Made by a program: the position numbers and the translations under genes. Shown piece by piece: positions 27,542 through 36,338 of a stretch of 42,058 nt of DNA. Numbering within the stretch: position 1 is the stretch's first letter; each line of letters starts with the position of its first letter. The DNA comes from Bdellovibrionales bacterium (GTDB lineage Bacteria; Bdellovibrionota; Bdellovibrionia; Bdellovibrionales; JAMPXM01): the NCBI GenBank assembly GCA_043739185.1, contig JAYUEN010000252.1, positions 1-42,058 of the forward strand, read 5' to 3'. Below the pieces are notes generated by a model, which was not told the DNA's origin, searched no databases, and saw nothing but the letters and a program-made list of their open reading frames with translations.

Positions 27542-29545
27542 TTACCAAAGGGAGCATTTATTTTTTGGTGCCATCCGAGCGCCAGCTTTGCAGTGAAATG
27601 CTTTGGCGAATTCAGGACGATTGGCAACCACGGCATTGACTCTAAATTCTGGCGGCGGATGAAAATTGGTTAGCAAATTATCACGCAATTTCTCATCTGA
27701 TATCTTGGTGCACCAACCTTGAGAATAAGCGAGAAAGTATTGTTGAAGCTCATCGAAGTTTTCAAACTTAGGGGTCTTTCGCTTGGCAAGCCCATTGAGT
27801 GCCATAATGCCAAGTTTAAGTCCGCCATTATCGGCTAAGTTTTCGCCTAAGGTTGCCTTTCCCCGTATCCTTAATTTGGAACCAGGAATGATGTCATAGG
27901 CCTCAGTCTGCTTAACGAAACACTCTGAGAGAGATTCAAATTTTTTCTTAGCAGTTGGTGTCCACCAGGCGACAAAATTTCCGTCGGCATCCATGTCTTT
28001 ACCTGAATCATCAAAACCATGAGTCAACTCATGTCCGATTGTGCTCCCACCCAAGCTTGAATAATTTGCGGCATCACTAAAAAGTGGATCATAAACGGGG
28101 GGAACGAGTTCGCCCAAAGGAAGGACCATTTCATTGTTTGCACTTGTATAGTAGGCGTTGGCTTCCCAAACTGACATTTGCCATTCACTGCGATCCGTAG
28201 GCTTTCCGATTTTAGCAAGATCACGACGAGTTTCAAACTCAGTGGCGCGAAGCTCATTTGAGTAAAACGAGTCATCTTTGATTTCAAGTTTAGTATAATC
28301 GCGCCAATGATCTGGGTATGCTATCTTTCCTGTCAGCTTAGATAATTTTTTTTCGGCTTCGATTTTAGTTTTTTTATCCATCCAAGTGAGTTTTTTCAAA
28401 TCGTCAGCAAATGAAGTCTTAATATTTTGAAAAAGAACCGCGGTCTGATCATGAATTTCTTTTGCATTCGGAATGCTCGCAACATAAGCCTCACCAAGAG
28501 CTTCATTCATTTCGCCAGCAATGATTTGTGTGCAATACTTCCAGCGTGGAGGCAGTTCATTTTGGCCGTTCAAATATTTACGCCAAAATTGAAAATCCTC
28601 TTGTTGAAGTGGGCCATCGAGAAAATAGGCCGATCTGTGAATCAATTTAAACTTAAGAAGATTTGAAAGATCTTCGTTGCTCATCGAGCCAAGAAGAGAA
28701 CTTAGATTCTTCATAAATTCAGGTTCAAGGACGTTGAGTTTTTTGGGAGCATTTATGCCCAGTCCAGCAACAAAATGATCCCAATCTATATGCGGAGCTA
28801 AATCTTTGAGACCTTGAAAATCCATTGGGTGAAATCTCTTGGCCGTATCTCGAAGGTCATCCTTATTCATCGAATGCTTGGCCAATTCGGTTTCGAATGT
28901 CAGAATTTTTTGGCTCATAAGATCCGCATTTTTTTCTGCCTCGCCAAGTAATTTAAACATCGAGCTAATATGCTTCTTGTAGCGTTCTCTTATTTCTTGA
29001 GACTTCGCATCGTCTTTTAAATAATAGTCGGGGTCCGGAAGCGACATACCTCCGCGATCTACAGAAGCAATCATTTGGCTCGAGTCTTTTAAATCTTGAT
29101 CGCTGCCAAATTCAAAAAGTTCATGAGCGCCGATGAGTTCGAGCTCCGCGAAGTGTTGCGCAATGCTTGCACGATCGCCAAGGCTGTCAATTTTTTTTAA
29201 GAGTTTCTTGAGTTCAGCCACGGCATCGGACTTATTTTCAATGCAAGTTCGATAATAGGCACCTAGCTTGGCAGAAGTTCCGCTTGCGGATTTATTTTGA
29301 GAAAGATTTGAAAGTAAGACATTAAGGCTCTCTTCAACATGATCAGATAAAACACTACCTTGGCGCCAGTAGCTAGATTTGTCAGGCGGAAGTTTAAATT
29401 CTTTTAGCCATGCACCACATGAAAATTGGTAAAAATTTTCACAGGGGTCGACTTTGTGATCGATGGCTCCGGGATCCAAAATATTTTGAATCGGAGTGGT
29501 GGCAAAAGCGCTTTGAATGAGAATTAAAATGAATAAATTTATCAT
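27542..29545 (-). CDS. pepO: M13 family metalloendopeptidase (neprilysin/PepO-like), secreted
   Basis: DPCENFYQFSCG, NAYY, GHELTHGFDD, GENLADNGG, HPPPEFRVN. Confidence 0.95.
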   Translation of the reverse strand: MINLFILILIQSAFATTPIQNILDPGAIDHKVDPCENFYQFSCGAWLKEFKLPPDKSSYWRQGSVLSDHVEESLNVLLSNLSQNKSASGTSAKLGAYYRTCIENKSDAVAELKKLLKKIDSLGDRASIAQHFAELELIGAHELFEFGSDQDLKDSSQMIASVDRGGMSLPDPDYYLKDDAKSQEIRERYKKHISSMFKLLGEAEKNADLMSQKILTFETELAKHSMNKDDLRDTAKRFHPMDFQGLKDLAPHIDWDHFVAGLGINAPKKLNVLEPEFMKNLSSLLGSMSNEDLSNLLKFKLIHRSAYFLDGPLQQEDFQFWRKYLNGQNELPPRWKYCTQIIAGEMNEALGEAYVASIPNAKEIHDQTAVLFQNIKTSFADDLKKLTWMDKKTKIEAEKKLSKLTGKIAYPDHWRDYTKLEIKDDSFYSNELRATEFETRRDLAKIGKPTDRSEWQMSVWEANAYYTSANNEMVLPLGELVPPVYDPLFSDAANYSSLGGSTIGHELTHGFDDSGKDMDADGNFVAWWTPTAKKKFESLSECFVKQTEAYDIIPGSKLRIRGKATLGENLADNGGLKLGIMALNGLAKRKTPKFENFDELQQYFLAYSQGWCTKISDEKLRDNLLTNFHPPPEFRVNAVVANRPEFAKAFHCKAGARMAPKNKCSLW

Positions 29546-29595
29546 TTTAAAACCTTATCAGGCGTATTTTGATTAAGTCAAAAGGACTTCAAAAA

Positions 29596-30624
29596 TTATT
29601 TTAGCTGGCTTGCTGTTTTTGTAATATGAGGAAAAAAAGCCTGGTGCCAAATAGGATAGGGAAGGCGCACCGCACTTGCCTTTTCTAGTAGTTCCTTTTC
29701 AGCCAAACTCAACTCCCAGCCCAAGGCTCCAAGATTCTGAATCAATTGATGTTCGTTACGAGCCCCGATGACAATATTGCAAACGCTTGGCCGACTCAGC
29801 AGCCAATTCAAGGCAATTTGTGAAATGCTTTTTTCTCTCGCAATCGCGATTTGCTCTAATGTATCTACGACTCGAAATAGGATGTCTTCATCGTAGCTAA
29901 CGAAATCAATTTGACCGAGTCGGCTCTCTTTTGGGGCCTTTTGATTTCTGCGAATTTTACCGCTTAAGGCACCTCCTGCTAAAGGGCTCCAAACCATGGT
30001 TCCGATTCCCTGGTCGACAGCCAAAGGCATCAGTTCCCATTCAAACTCTCTGCCGACCAAACTATAATAAGCTTGGTGGCAAATGTATTTGTTCCATCGA
30101 TTTTTTTCAGAAATGGATAGTGACTTCATTAAATGCCAAGCTGAAAAATTAGAGCATCCAATATAACGAATTTTTCCGCTGTGAATGAGGGAATCCAAAG
30201 TATCTAGAGTTTCCTCGATGGGAGTATGAGAATCAAAGCCATGCATAATAAAGAGGTCAATATAGTCTGTGCTAAGACGCTTGAGGCTAGCCTCGCAGGA
30301 TTCAATCAGATGAAGTCGCGAAGAGCCAAAATCATTGGGGCCGGTCCCCATCGGAAAGGTTGCTTTGGTAGATAACAAAACTTTGTTTCTTCGGCCTTGC
30401 AATGCCTGCCCCAAAATCTCCTCTGATTTGCCGGCTGAGTAGCCATTGGCGGTATCAAAAAAATTCACTTCTGAGTCCAGACAAATATCAATAAGGCGCT
30501 TGGCTTCTTTAAGTTCAGTAGTGCCCCAAGCTTTAAAAAATTCGCCAGTTCCTCCGAAGGTCGCGGTGCCGAAACTGAATACAGGAACCTTTAGTCCAGA
30601 ATTGCCAAGTCTTCGATACTCCAT
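29596..30624 (-). CDS. Aldo/keto reductase
   Basis: MEYRRLGNSGLKV, FFDTANGYS, STK, GKIRYIGCSN, WSPLAGG. GAGGAG RBS. Confidence 0.95.
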   Translation of the reverse strand: MEYRRLGNSGLKVPVFSFGTATFGGTGEFFKAWGTTELKEAKRLIDICLDSEVNFFDTANGYSAGKSEEILGQALQGRRNKVLLSTKATFPMGTGPNDFGSSRLHLIESCEASLKRLSTDYIDLFIMHGFDSHTPIEETLDTLDSLIHSGKIRYIGCSNFSAWHLMKSLSISEKNRWNKYICHQAYYSLVGREFEWELMPLAVDQGIGTMVWSPLAGGALSGKIRRNQKAPKESRLGQIDFVSYDEDILFRVVDTLEQIAIAREKSISQIALNWLLSRPSVCNIVIGARNEHQLIQNLGALGWELSLAEKELLEKASAVRLPYPIWHQAFFPHITKTASQLK

Positions 30625-30757
30625 TTTTACTCCTCGTTCTTTCAGCCAATCAAGTAACAGAAAAAAAATCAAAGGTCATCCTCGGTAATTTGGTGTCATT
30701 TGGTCTAGACCTAGAGTCAGATGACTTGTCCCGGGTCATCCCGCAAACTAAAAACCT

Positions 30758-32059
30758 GTGAAAAGTTTCATCTTGTTAATCATCATGATTTTGAGTTCTT
30801 TTAAGGCCTTGGCATTGACCAAGCGTGACGCTTTTGAAGCTCTTCAAGCCAGCACAAAATGGAATCTGACGCGAACTTTGCAGGATGAGAGCAATCAAAA
30901 GTCAATTGAAGCAGATTCGGAGTTGCGCCCTCACTTTCAATTGGCCTTTAAACAATTGGCGGCGCGAATCAATCCCATTCAATTTGGCATCAATAATCAA
31001 ATTGAAAGCATCGATACGATTGCTGTCGGTTCGACATCTCTTCAGATGGAGTGGGCGATATCAAACCCAATGGCTGCAGCGCAGTCATTGATAGCCAAAG
31101 CTCAAGCGAAGGCCAGCGGATATCAAGCCAAAGAGTATCAGAATGATTTAACCGCCCTCATGCTTGTGAGCTATCTCAATGTTCAAAAATTAGAGCGGCA
31201 ATTGGCCACGACTGAAGCGAGTCTTGAAAAGAGCAATTTGATTTTGAAGTTGGCCACTTCAAAAAGAAAAATTGGCGCTGGAATTCCGCTCGAAGTGGCG
31301 CGCGCGAAAGGTTTGGTGGGATTAGATCAGGTGAAAAAAATGTTAGCAATGACCAAGCTTTTGAAAAACAAACATGATCTTGAAAAACTCTTAGATCTAA
31401 ATAAAATTGCAACGCCTCTCGAAAAATTAAATCCCCAAATCGTTCCAAATCAAGACTCTCAAAGTTTTATGGCAGCGGCCTTTGAGTCTCGGCTGGATTT
31501 AAGATCCGCAGAAGTGAGTCGTGAAAGCTCGAATATGTTAAAGCAAGAAGCCACCAGGTGGTTTCTCCCGAAAATCTCACTCTTTGCTGAAGCAGGGACA
31601 GTGCAACCAAGTCTATTGGGGCTTCCGGCAAAAACGCTCAACGGGGCTGTGGGAGTGAGTTTTATGATTCCACTCGAATCGGGAGGAATGATAGCAGCGA
31701 AAAGACGCGAAGCCCAGATTGCGAGTTATCGTGCTGAAATAAATCTCAAAGAAAAAAAACAAGAAATACTATCTCAGATTAAAGAAGCCCTCGAAAGCGT
31801 CGCAGCAGCGGAAGAGGGACTCATTGTAGCAAGAAATTATATTGCGACTTCAAGCGAAGAGGCCGATATTGCAGAAAAGAGATTTTTTTCTGGGATGAGC
31901 ACGGTTCTAGATCTCTCTTCTGCACACACCAATCGTGCGCTTGCTGATGATACTTTAACAGAATCAGAATTCAATTTTGAAGCAGCCCGAATAAACTACT
32001 ATCGAGTGTTGGGCGATTTTAAAGACTATTTTGAAGATCCCAGGGGAGTTGAAAAATGA
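30758..32059 (+). CDS. TolC family outer-membrane efflux protein
   Basis: Signal peptide, two helical/beta repeats, RLDLRSA, FLPKISL, GMSTVLDL. Adjacent to EmrA/EmrB homologs. Confidence 0.85.
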   Translation: MKSFILLIIMILSSFKALALTKRDAFEALQASTKWNLTRTLQDESNQKSIEADSELRPHFQLAFKQLAARINPIQFGINNQIESIDTIAVGSTSLQMEWAISNPMAAAQSLIAKAQAKASGYQAKEYQNDLTALMLVSYLNVQKLERQLATTEASLEKSNLILKLATSKRKIGAGIPLEVARAKGLVGLDQVKKMLAMTKLLKNKHDLEKLLDLNKIATPLEKLNPQIVPNQDSQSFMAAAFESRLDLRSAEVSRESSNMLKQEATRWFLPKISLFAEAGTVQPSLLGLPAKTLNGAVGVSFMIPLESGGMIAAKRREAQIASYRAEINLKEKKQEILSQIKEALESVAAAEEGLIVARNYIATSSEEADIAEKRFFSGMSTVLDLSSAHTNRALADDTLTESEFNFEAARINYYRVLGDFKDYFEDPRGVEK

Positions 32060-32880
32060 TAAAGGCGATCGCACAAAGTCGTTCTCCTAGAGCATGGCTT
32101 TTAATGGGGGTATCATTCTTGGCCGTAGTCGTGCTTCTCGGATACTGGTATATTTGGACCTCGAAATTTGTTTCAACCGATAGCGCCTATGTTGAAACCG
32201 ATCTTTCACCGGTGAATTCACGAATCATGGGCTATGTACGTGAGGTATTGGTTTCTGAAAATGAAGAAGTTAAAAAAGGGCAATCGCTCTTAAAACTCGA
32301 TGATACCGATGTGAAAATTGAAGCGGGATTTAAAGAGGCCAAATTTAAAAAAGCAGAGGCCGATGCCAAACGCGCCCAAATTTTAGGAAAGCAACATGCG
32401 GTTTCAGAATCTGATCTTGAGTTAGCCGAGGCAACCCTTACCGGCGTAAGAGCGGATATGGACGGTAGTCATTTAAAAATGAAATTCACAGAAGTGGTTT
32501 CTCCTATTGATGGTGTGGTTGCAAAAAAATCGGCGCAGACCGGCCAATTTGTACAGCCTGGGCAAACACTCTTTGTGATTGTTCCGACCGATCACGCATG
32601 GATCAAAGCCAACTTCAAAGAAAGTCAAATCCGCCTGATTCGGGCAGGCCAAGAAGTTGAAGTTCATGTGGATGCTTATCCGGGAGAAACTTGGCCAGGA
32701 AGAGTCGAAGCTATATTTCCGAGCTCAGTGGCTTCTTTAAGTTTACTTCCTCCTGAAAATTCCTCCGGCAATTTCACCAAGGTGGTGCAGAGGTTTCCGG
32801 TGAAAATCACTTTTCAACAGCGAGGAGATAAAAAACTTCTGCCGGGAATGTCTGTTGAACCCGTGATCATTGTAAAATAA
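32056..32880 (+). CDS. emrA: HlyD/EmrA family membrane fusion protein
   Basis: STDSAYV, SPIDGVV, WIKANFKESQ, LLPPENSSGNFTKVVQRFPV. ATGA overlap with the TolC gene. Confidence 0.92.
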   Translation: MIKAIAQSRSPRAWLLMGVSFLAVVVLLGYWYIWTSKFVSTDSAYVETDLSPVNSRIMGYVREVLVSENEEVKKGQSLLKLDDTDVKIEAGFKEAKFKKAEADAKRAQILGKQHAVSESDLELAEATLTGVRADMDGSHLKMKFTEVVSPIDGVVAKKSAQTGQFVQPGQTLFVIVPTDHAWIKANFKESQIRLIRAGQEVEVHVDAYPGETWPGRVEAIFPSSVASLSLLPPENSSGNFTKVVQRFPVKITFQQRGDKKLLPGMSVEPVIIVK

Positions 32881-32902
32881 ATTGTGAAATGAGCCATTTG
32901 AA

Positions 32903-34471
32903 ATGAGTAACGACCACGATCATATGACGATACGAGAATGGATTGCCGTCATTGGCGGAGCACTCGGTGCATTCATGGCGATCTTAGATATTCAAGTTAC
33001 CAATGCCAGTATCCGCGAAATTTCAGGCGCTCTCAATTTAGATATTAGTGAGAGCGGCTGGATTTCAACGGCCTATTTAATTGCAGAGATAATAATTATT
33101 CCACTCACGGCATTTTTTTCGACTTCTTTTGGAGTCAGAAGATATTTGCTTTTCAATTGCGCAGGTTTTTTATTGGCCTCGATCGCGTGTGGGCTTTCTT
33201 GGAGTCCTGAAAGCATGATCATTTTTCGCGCGTTTCAAGGCTTCACAGGCGGTACGCTTATTCCGATGTCCTTTCAAATTATTTTAAGCTTGATGCCAGA
33301 AAAGCAAAAGCCAATTGGGCTTACCATTTTCGGATTGACCATTACTCTGGCGCCTACGCTTGGGCCCTCACTTGGTGGCTGGCTAACAGATGAATATGGC
33401 TGGCGATTTATATTCTTCATCAATTTGATTCCGGGTCTTCTGATGATTGCCGCCCTACGCTTTGGACTTAAAAAATCTCTTCCTAAAATTGAACATCTGA
33501 AAAAGTTAGATCTGCTCTCGGTTCTTGCGCTAGTTGTTGGTCTAAGTTCCTTTACCTATATTCTAGAAGAGGGACCGAAAGCAGATTGGTTTGATTCAAA
33601 TTTGATAAGATCTTTATTTTTAGCAAGCCTCTTGTCATTTCCGTTTTTTATTATGAGACAACTTGAAATCGCAACACCCATTTTAAATTTGAGACTTTTT
33701 AAAGATCGCAATTTTGCCATCGGGACTATGATCACAGCTCTTGCCGGTTGCGCTCTGTTTAGCGGAATCTACTCGCTTTCACTATTTCTTGGACAAGTTC
33801 AAAGCTATAGCGCTTCGCAAATTGGGAATGTTTTGATGTGGGTGGGGCTACCACAACTATTGGTGATGCCGTTAGTGCCGAGTCTTATGAGGAAAATAGA
33901 TCTTCGTTTATTGGCAATAATGGGGCTTGGGTTATTCGCCTATTCTAATTGGATGAATACGGATTTGAGTTGGCACTTTGGCGGTGAAGAATTTCGAGCC
34001 TCGCTGTTGGTGCGGGCCTTAGGTCAACCGCTGTTCGTGATTCCACTTTCAGTTATGTCGATGTCTTTGATTAAAAAAGATCAAGCCGGGGACGCTTCTT
34101 CGATTTTCAATGTCATGAGAAATTTAGGAGCATCACTTGGGATCGCTCTCACCAGCACTTTTCTCGTGAAGCGCCAGACGCTACATTTCCTTAGCAAAGC
34201 CGAATCACTCTCGTCTTTTGACTATAGTTTAAATGAAAAAATATATAAGACTGAGTTGAGTCTAAGAGGTGCGGGCCTCGATGCTCAAAGTGCAAAACTT
34301 CGCTCTTTTCAGGAAATTTTGCGGCCAACCATACGGGATTCGATAATCGCTGCATTTTCTGATATTTTCTTTGTCTTGAGTTTTGGCCTTATCGTTTGCA
34401 TTCTACTTGTCATTTTTCTCAAGCGCGTACGAACTGAGGATAGCTCATCTGAAGAAATGGGATTGGGTTGA
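32903..34471 (+). CDS. emrB: DHA2 family MFS efflux permease (EmrB/QacA)
   Basis: FMAILDIQVTN, WISTAYL, RAFQGFTGG, APTLGPSLGGWLTD, WRFIFFINL, RNLGASLG. Confidence 0.93.
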   Translation: MSNDHDHMTIREWIAVIGGALGAFMAILDIQVTNASIREISGALNLDISESGWISTAYLIAEIIIIPLTAFFSTSFGVRRYLLFNCAGFLLASIACGLSWSPESMIIFRAFQGFTGGTLIPMSFQIILSLMPEKQKPIGLTIFGLTITLAPTLGPSLGGWLTDEYGWRFIFFINLIPGLLMIAALRFGLKKSLPKIEHLKKLDLLSVLALVVGLSSFTYILEEGPKADWFDSNLIRSLFLASLLSFPFFIMRQLEIATPILNLRLFKDRNFAIGTMITALAGCALFSGIYSLSLFLGQVQSYSASQIGNVLMWVGLPQLLVMPLVPSLMRKIDLRLLAIMGLGLFAYSNWMNTDLSWHFGGEEFRASLLVRALGQPLFVIPLSVMSMSLIKKDQAGDASSIFNVMRNLGASLGIALTSTFLVKRQTLHFLSKAESLSSFDYSLNEKIYKTELSLRGAGLDAQSAKLRSFQEILRPTIRDSIIAAFSDIFFVLSFGLIVCILLVIFLKRVRTEDSSSEEMGLG

Positions 34472-34479
34472 TTTGATTG

Positions 34480-34577
34480 TTGCACTTGAAATTAAATCAG
34501 TTTTAATGGCAGCGGCAGCTGTCAGCCGTTTTACAGTTTCGGTTGCCCGATTCAGTTTCTGGATCCGCTGCCGCTAA
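34480..34577 (-). repeat. Cryptic intergenic element, copy 2
   Basis: Inverted homolog of 24761-24878. Fills most of the gap between the convergent emrB and DUF3106-like genes. Confidence 0.85.
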
Positions 34578-34611
34578 CTGATTGGCGAGTGCCTGACTCA
34601 GATAAGCAGAT

Positions 34612-34983
34612 CTAAGCGGTATTTCGACGTATCCTTGAGCGCGAAGGCCGCTTGGGCCTACGATTGCTATCTCGATGTGAATCTCTTTTTAAAGTTTTGT
34701 TTTTTAACCAAGCCTTGCGTGCAGGACTCAAGCTTTTGATTTTATCATTTTTTTGAGTGAGCTTTGATTTTTCTTCTGGAGTCAATTTTTGATAGTTAGA
34801 CCAATTGGTTTCGAGCTTTTCTTGTTTAGCTTCAGACATCGTTTTCCAGGCTTTATAATTTTTCAGTGCCAACTCTTGATCAGCTGGCGAAAGATCCTTG
34901 TATTCAGCCCGAAGTGGTTGGGAAATGAGAATGCAAAAGGCAATTAGCAAAATGATGAGAGGAAAGTTTTTCTGACTAGTCAT
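34612..34983 (-). CDS. DUF3106-like exported protein
   Basis: GGAGG RBS, signal peptide, repeats YKDLSPADQ / WKTMSEAKQ / YQKLTPEEK / IKSLSPARK, Arg-rich tail. Confidence 0.7.
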   Translation of the reverse strand: MTSQKNFPLIILLIAFCILISQPLRAEYKDLSPADQELALKNYKAWKTMSEAKQEKLETNWSNYQKLTPEEKSKLTQKNDKIKSLSPARKAWLKNKTLKRDSHRDSNRRPKRPSRSRIRRNTA

Positions 34984-35251
34984 CAGAATCCTCCGCACCA
35001 ATTTCAGCCGGCGGACTTACCTCTGGAATATCGGCAACGGTGGCGGCAGAAGTAATATCTGAATCCGTCGCATTTTCAAGCAGTTCGAGATTTTCAATTA
35101 CGCGCATTTTAGAGAAAAATTCTGGGCGCTCTAGTACTTCTTTTGGTACTTCTTTTGGTACTTCTTTTGGAATTACCTTTGGCATTTGGGCCCAGCAAAT
35201 GGCTGAAAATCCTAAAATGAGAAGGCTAATAAAAAATCGATGAAGACTCAT
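34976..35251 (-). CDS. Small exported protein with PKEV repeats
   Basis: Signal peptide, PKVI-PKEV-PKEV-PKEV, EFFSKMRVIENLELLE. Overlaps the start of the next gene. Confidence 0.7.
   Translation of the reverse strand: MSLHRFFISLLILGFSAICWAQMPKVIPKEVPKEVPKEVLERPEFFSKMRVIENLELLENATDSDITSAATVADIPEVSPPAEIGAEDSDD
35135..35182. repeat. 12-bp in-frame tandem repeat
   Basis: TACTTCTTTTGG x3 perfect, plus one degenerate AATTACCTTTGG. Confidence 0.95.
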
Positions 35252-35257
35252 GCTGTT

Positions 35258-35284
35258 TTATCGGTATGAATTGAGATTTGCTTA
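35258..35284 (-). promoter_or_regulatory. Putative sigma28 (FliA) promoter
   Basis: Minus strand TAAG-N15-ACCGATAA, 6 nt before ATG 35251. Confidence 0.55.
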
Positions 35285-35312
35285 AACTAGAAATTGCCGA
35301 CACTTAGGGGCC

Positions 35313-36230
35313 TTACCGGCAAATAGTAGTGAGTTTCTTTTCTGGATAATGCGCGTAGGGAGCCATGCCAATATCCTTTAACTTGAGGCCTCTAGATTTT
35401 AGTATTTGGTAAGTAAATTCGCTGCCACCGACAGAGGTAAAGCCGGGGTCAATTGTATAGGACGAATCCTTAAGTGCATCTGCTAAAGTAATAAATTCAA
35501 CCCCTTCTTTTTTGTAAAGTTCAAGCAAGGCCGGTATCATTTCGGCATCAAAAGCTCCGATATGAAGAAGTAAAATTTGAGCACCTTGTTTTTTAAATAG
35601 AGCCCGCGAAATTTTGTCGGCACGATGAAGCTGGTCACTAGCACACGTCAAATAGCTTTTCTTTAGCCAGGCAATCGCTTTTAAGTTTTTAGCATTGAGG
35701 CATCTGGCATAGGGCTCATTCCAAGACCAATCGGCGAAATCAATTGTGACCTGGGCAATTTTATAAGATTTTTCTTTTAAGTAGGTTCGAATGAGATTTC
35801 TCTTTTCGAGATTTTCACCCTCGTGTAAATAGGGATATCTAAAAAAATGCCAATCTTGGTCGTGTGAATGGCGTTTCAGAGTTTCTTCATTGAGCTCAAT
35901 TTCTCTTTCAAAATCTTGAGCTGAAATTTTATTGAGGCTTTGATGGGAATAGCTGTGGTTGCCTAGAGGATAAGAAAAACTTGTCCAGAGCTTCAAAACC
36001 TCATCGAGGGAAGGGTCTGACTTCAAAGGCTCTGCATTTATAAAGCCATAGACCTCTACTATATTATGACTTTTAAAGGCCGCTAGCATCTTTTCGGCCA
36101 CCTCTTTGCGATTCGTGCCAGATGGCAATTCAGAGTGTTTTGGCAAATCATCTACCGTAATGGCCAACTTTATTTTTGCCTGACCCAGACTTGAAAAGAG
36201 CAAGGTCGCAAAAAGCGCTAGTTTAATCAT
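35313..36230 (-). CDS. Polysaccharide deacetylase (CE4/NodB), secreted
   Basis: AITVDDLP, GNHSYSH, FFRYPYL, ILLLH. Signal peptide. Confidence 0.92.
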   Translation of the reverse strand: MIKLALFATLLFSSLGQAKIKLAITVDDLPKHSELPSGTNRKEVAEKMLAAFKSHNIVEVYGFINAEPLKSDPSLDEVLKLWTSFSYPLGNHSYSHQSLNKISAQDFEREIELNEETLKRHSHDQDWHFFRYPYLHEGENLEKRNLIRTYLKEKSYKIAQVTIDFADWSWNEPYARCLNAKNLKAIAWLKKSYLTCASDQLHRADKISRALFKKQGAQILLLHIGAFDAEMIPALLELYKKEGVEFITLADALKDSSYTIDPGFTSVGGSEFTYQILKSRGLKLKDIGMAPYAHYPEKKLTTICR

Positions 36231-36338
36231 TCAAACTCTTTACCTCGAAAGAGGAGCTTTGAGTAGGGCTCAAATTGCTTGCTTTCAGATCAATGTAGAA
36301 ATAGCTTCGTCGAAGTTAAATTGGAGTGGTATGTTCTA

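Noticed and set aside
24879..34479. Invertible segment or composite transposon bounded by the two inverted element copies
   Set aside because: The copies are short, only about 80% identical with an indel, no recombinase or transposase gene is present, and the enclosed genes are ordinary.
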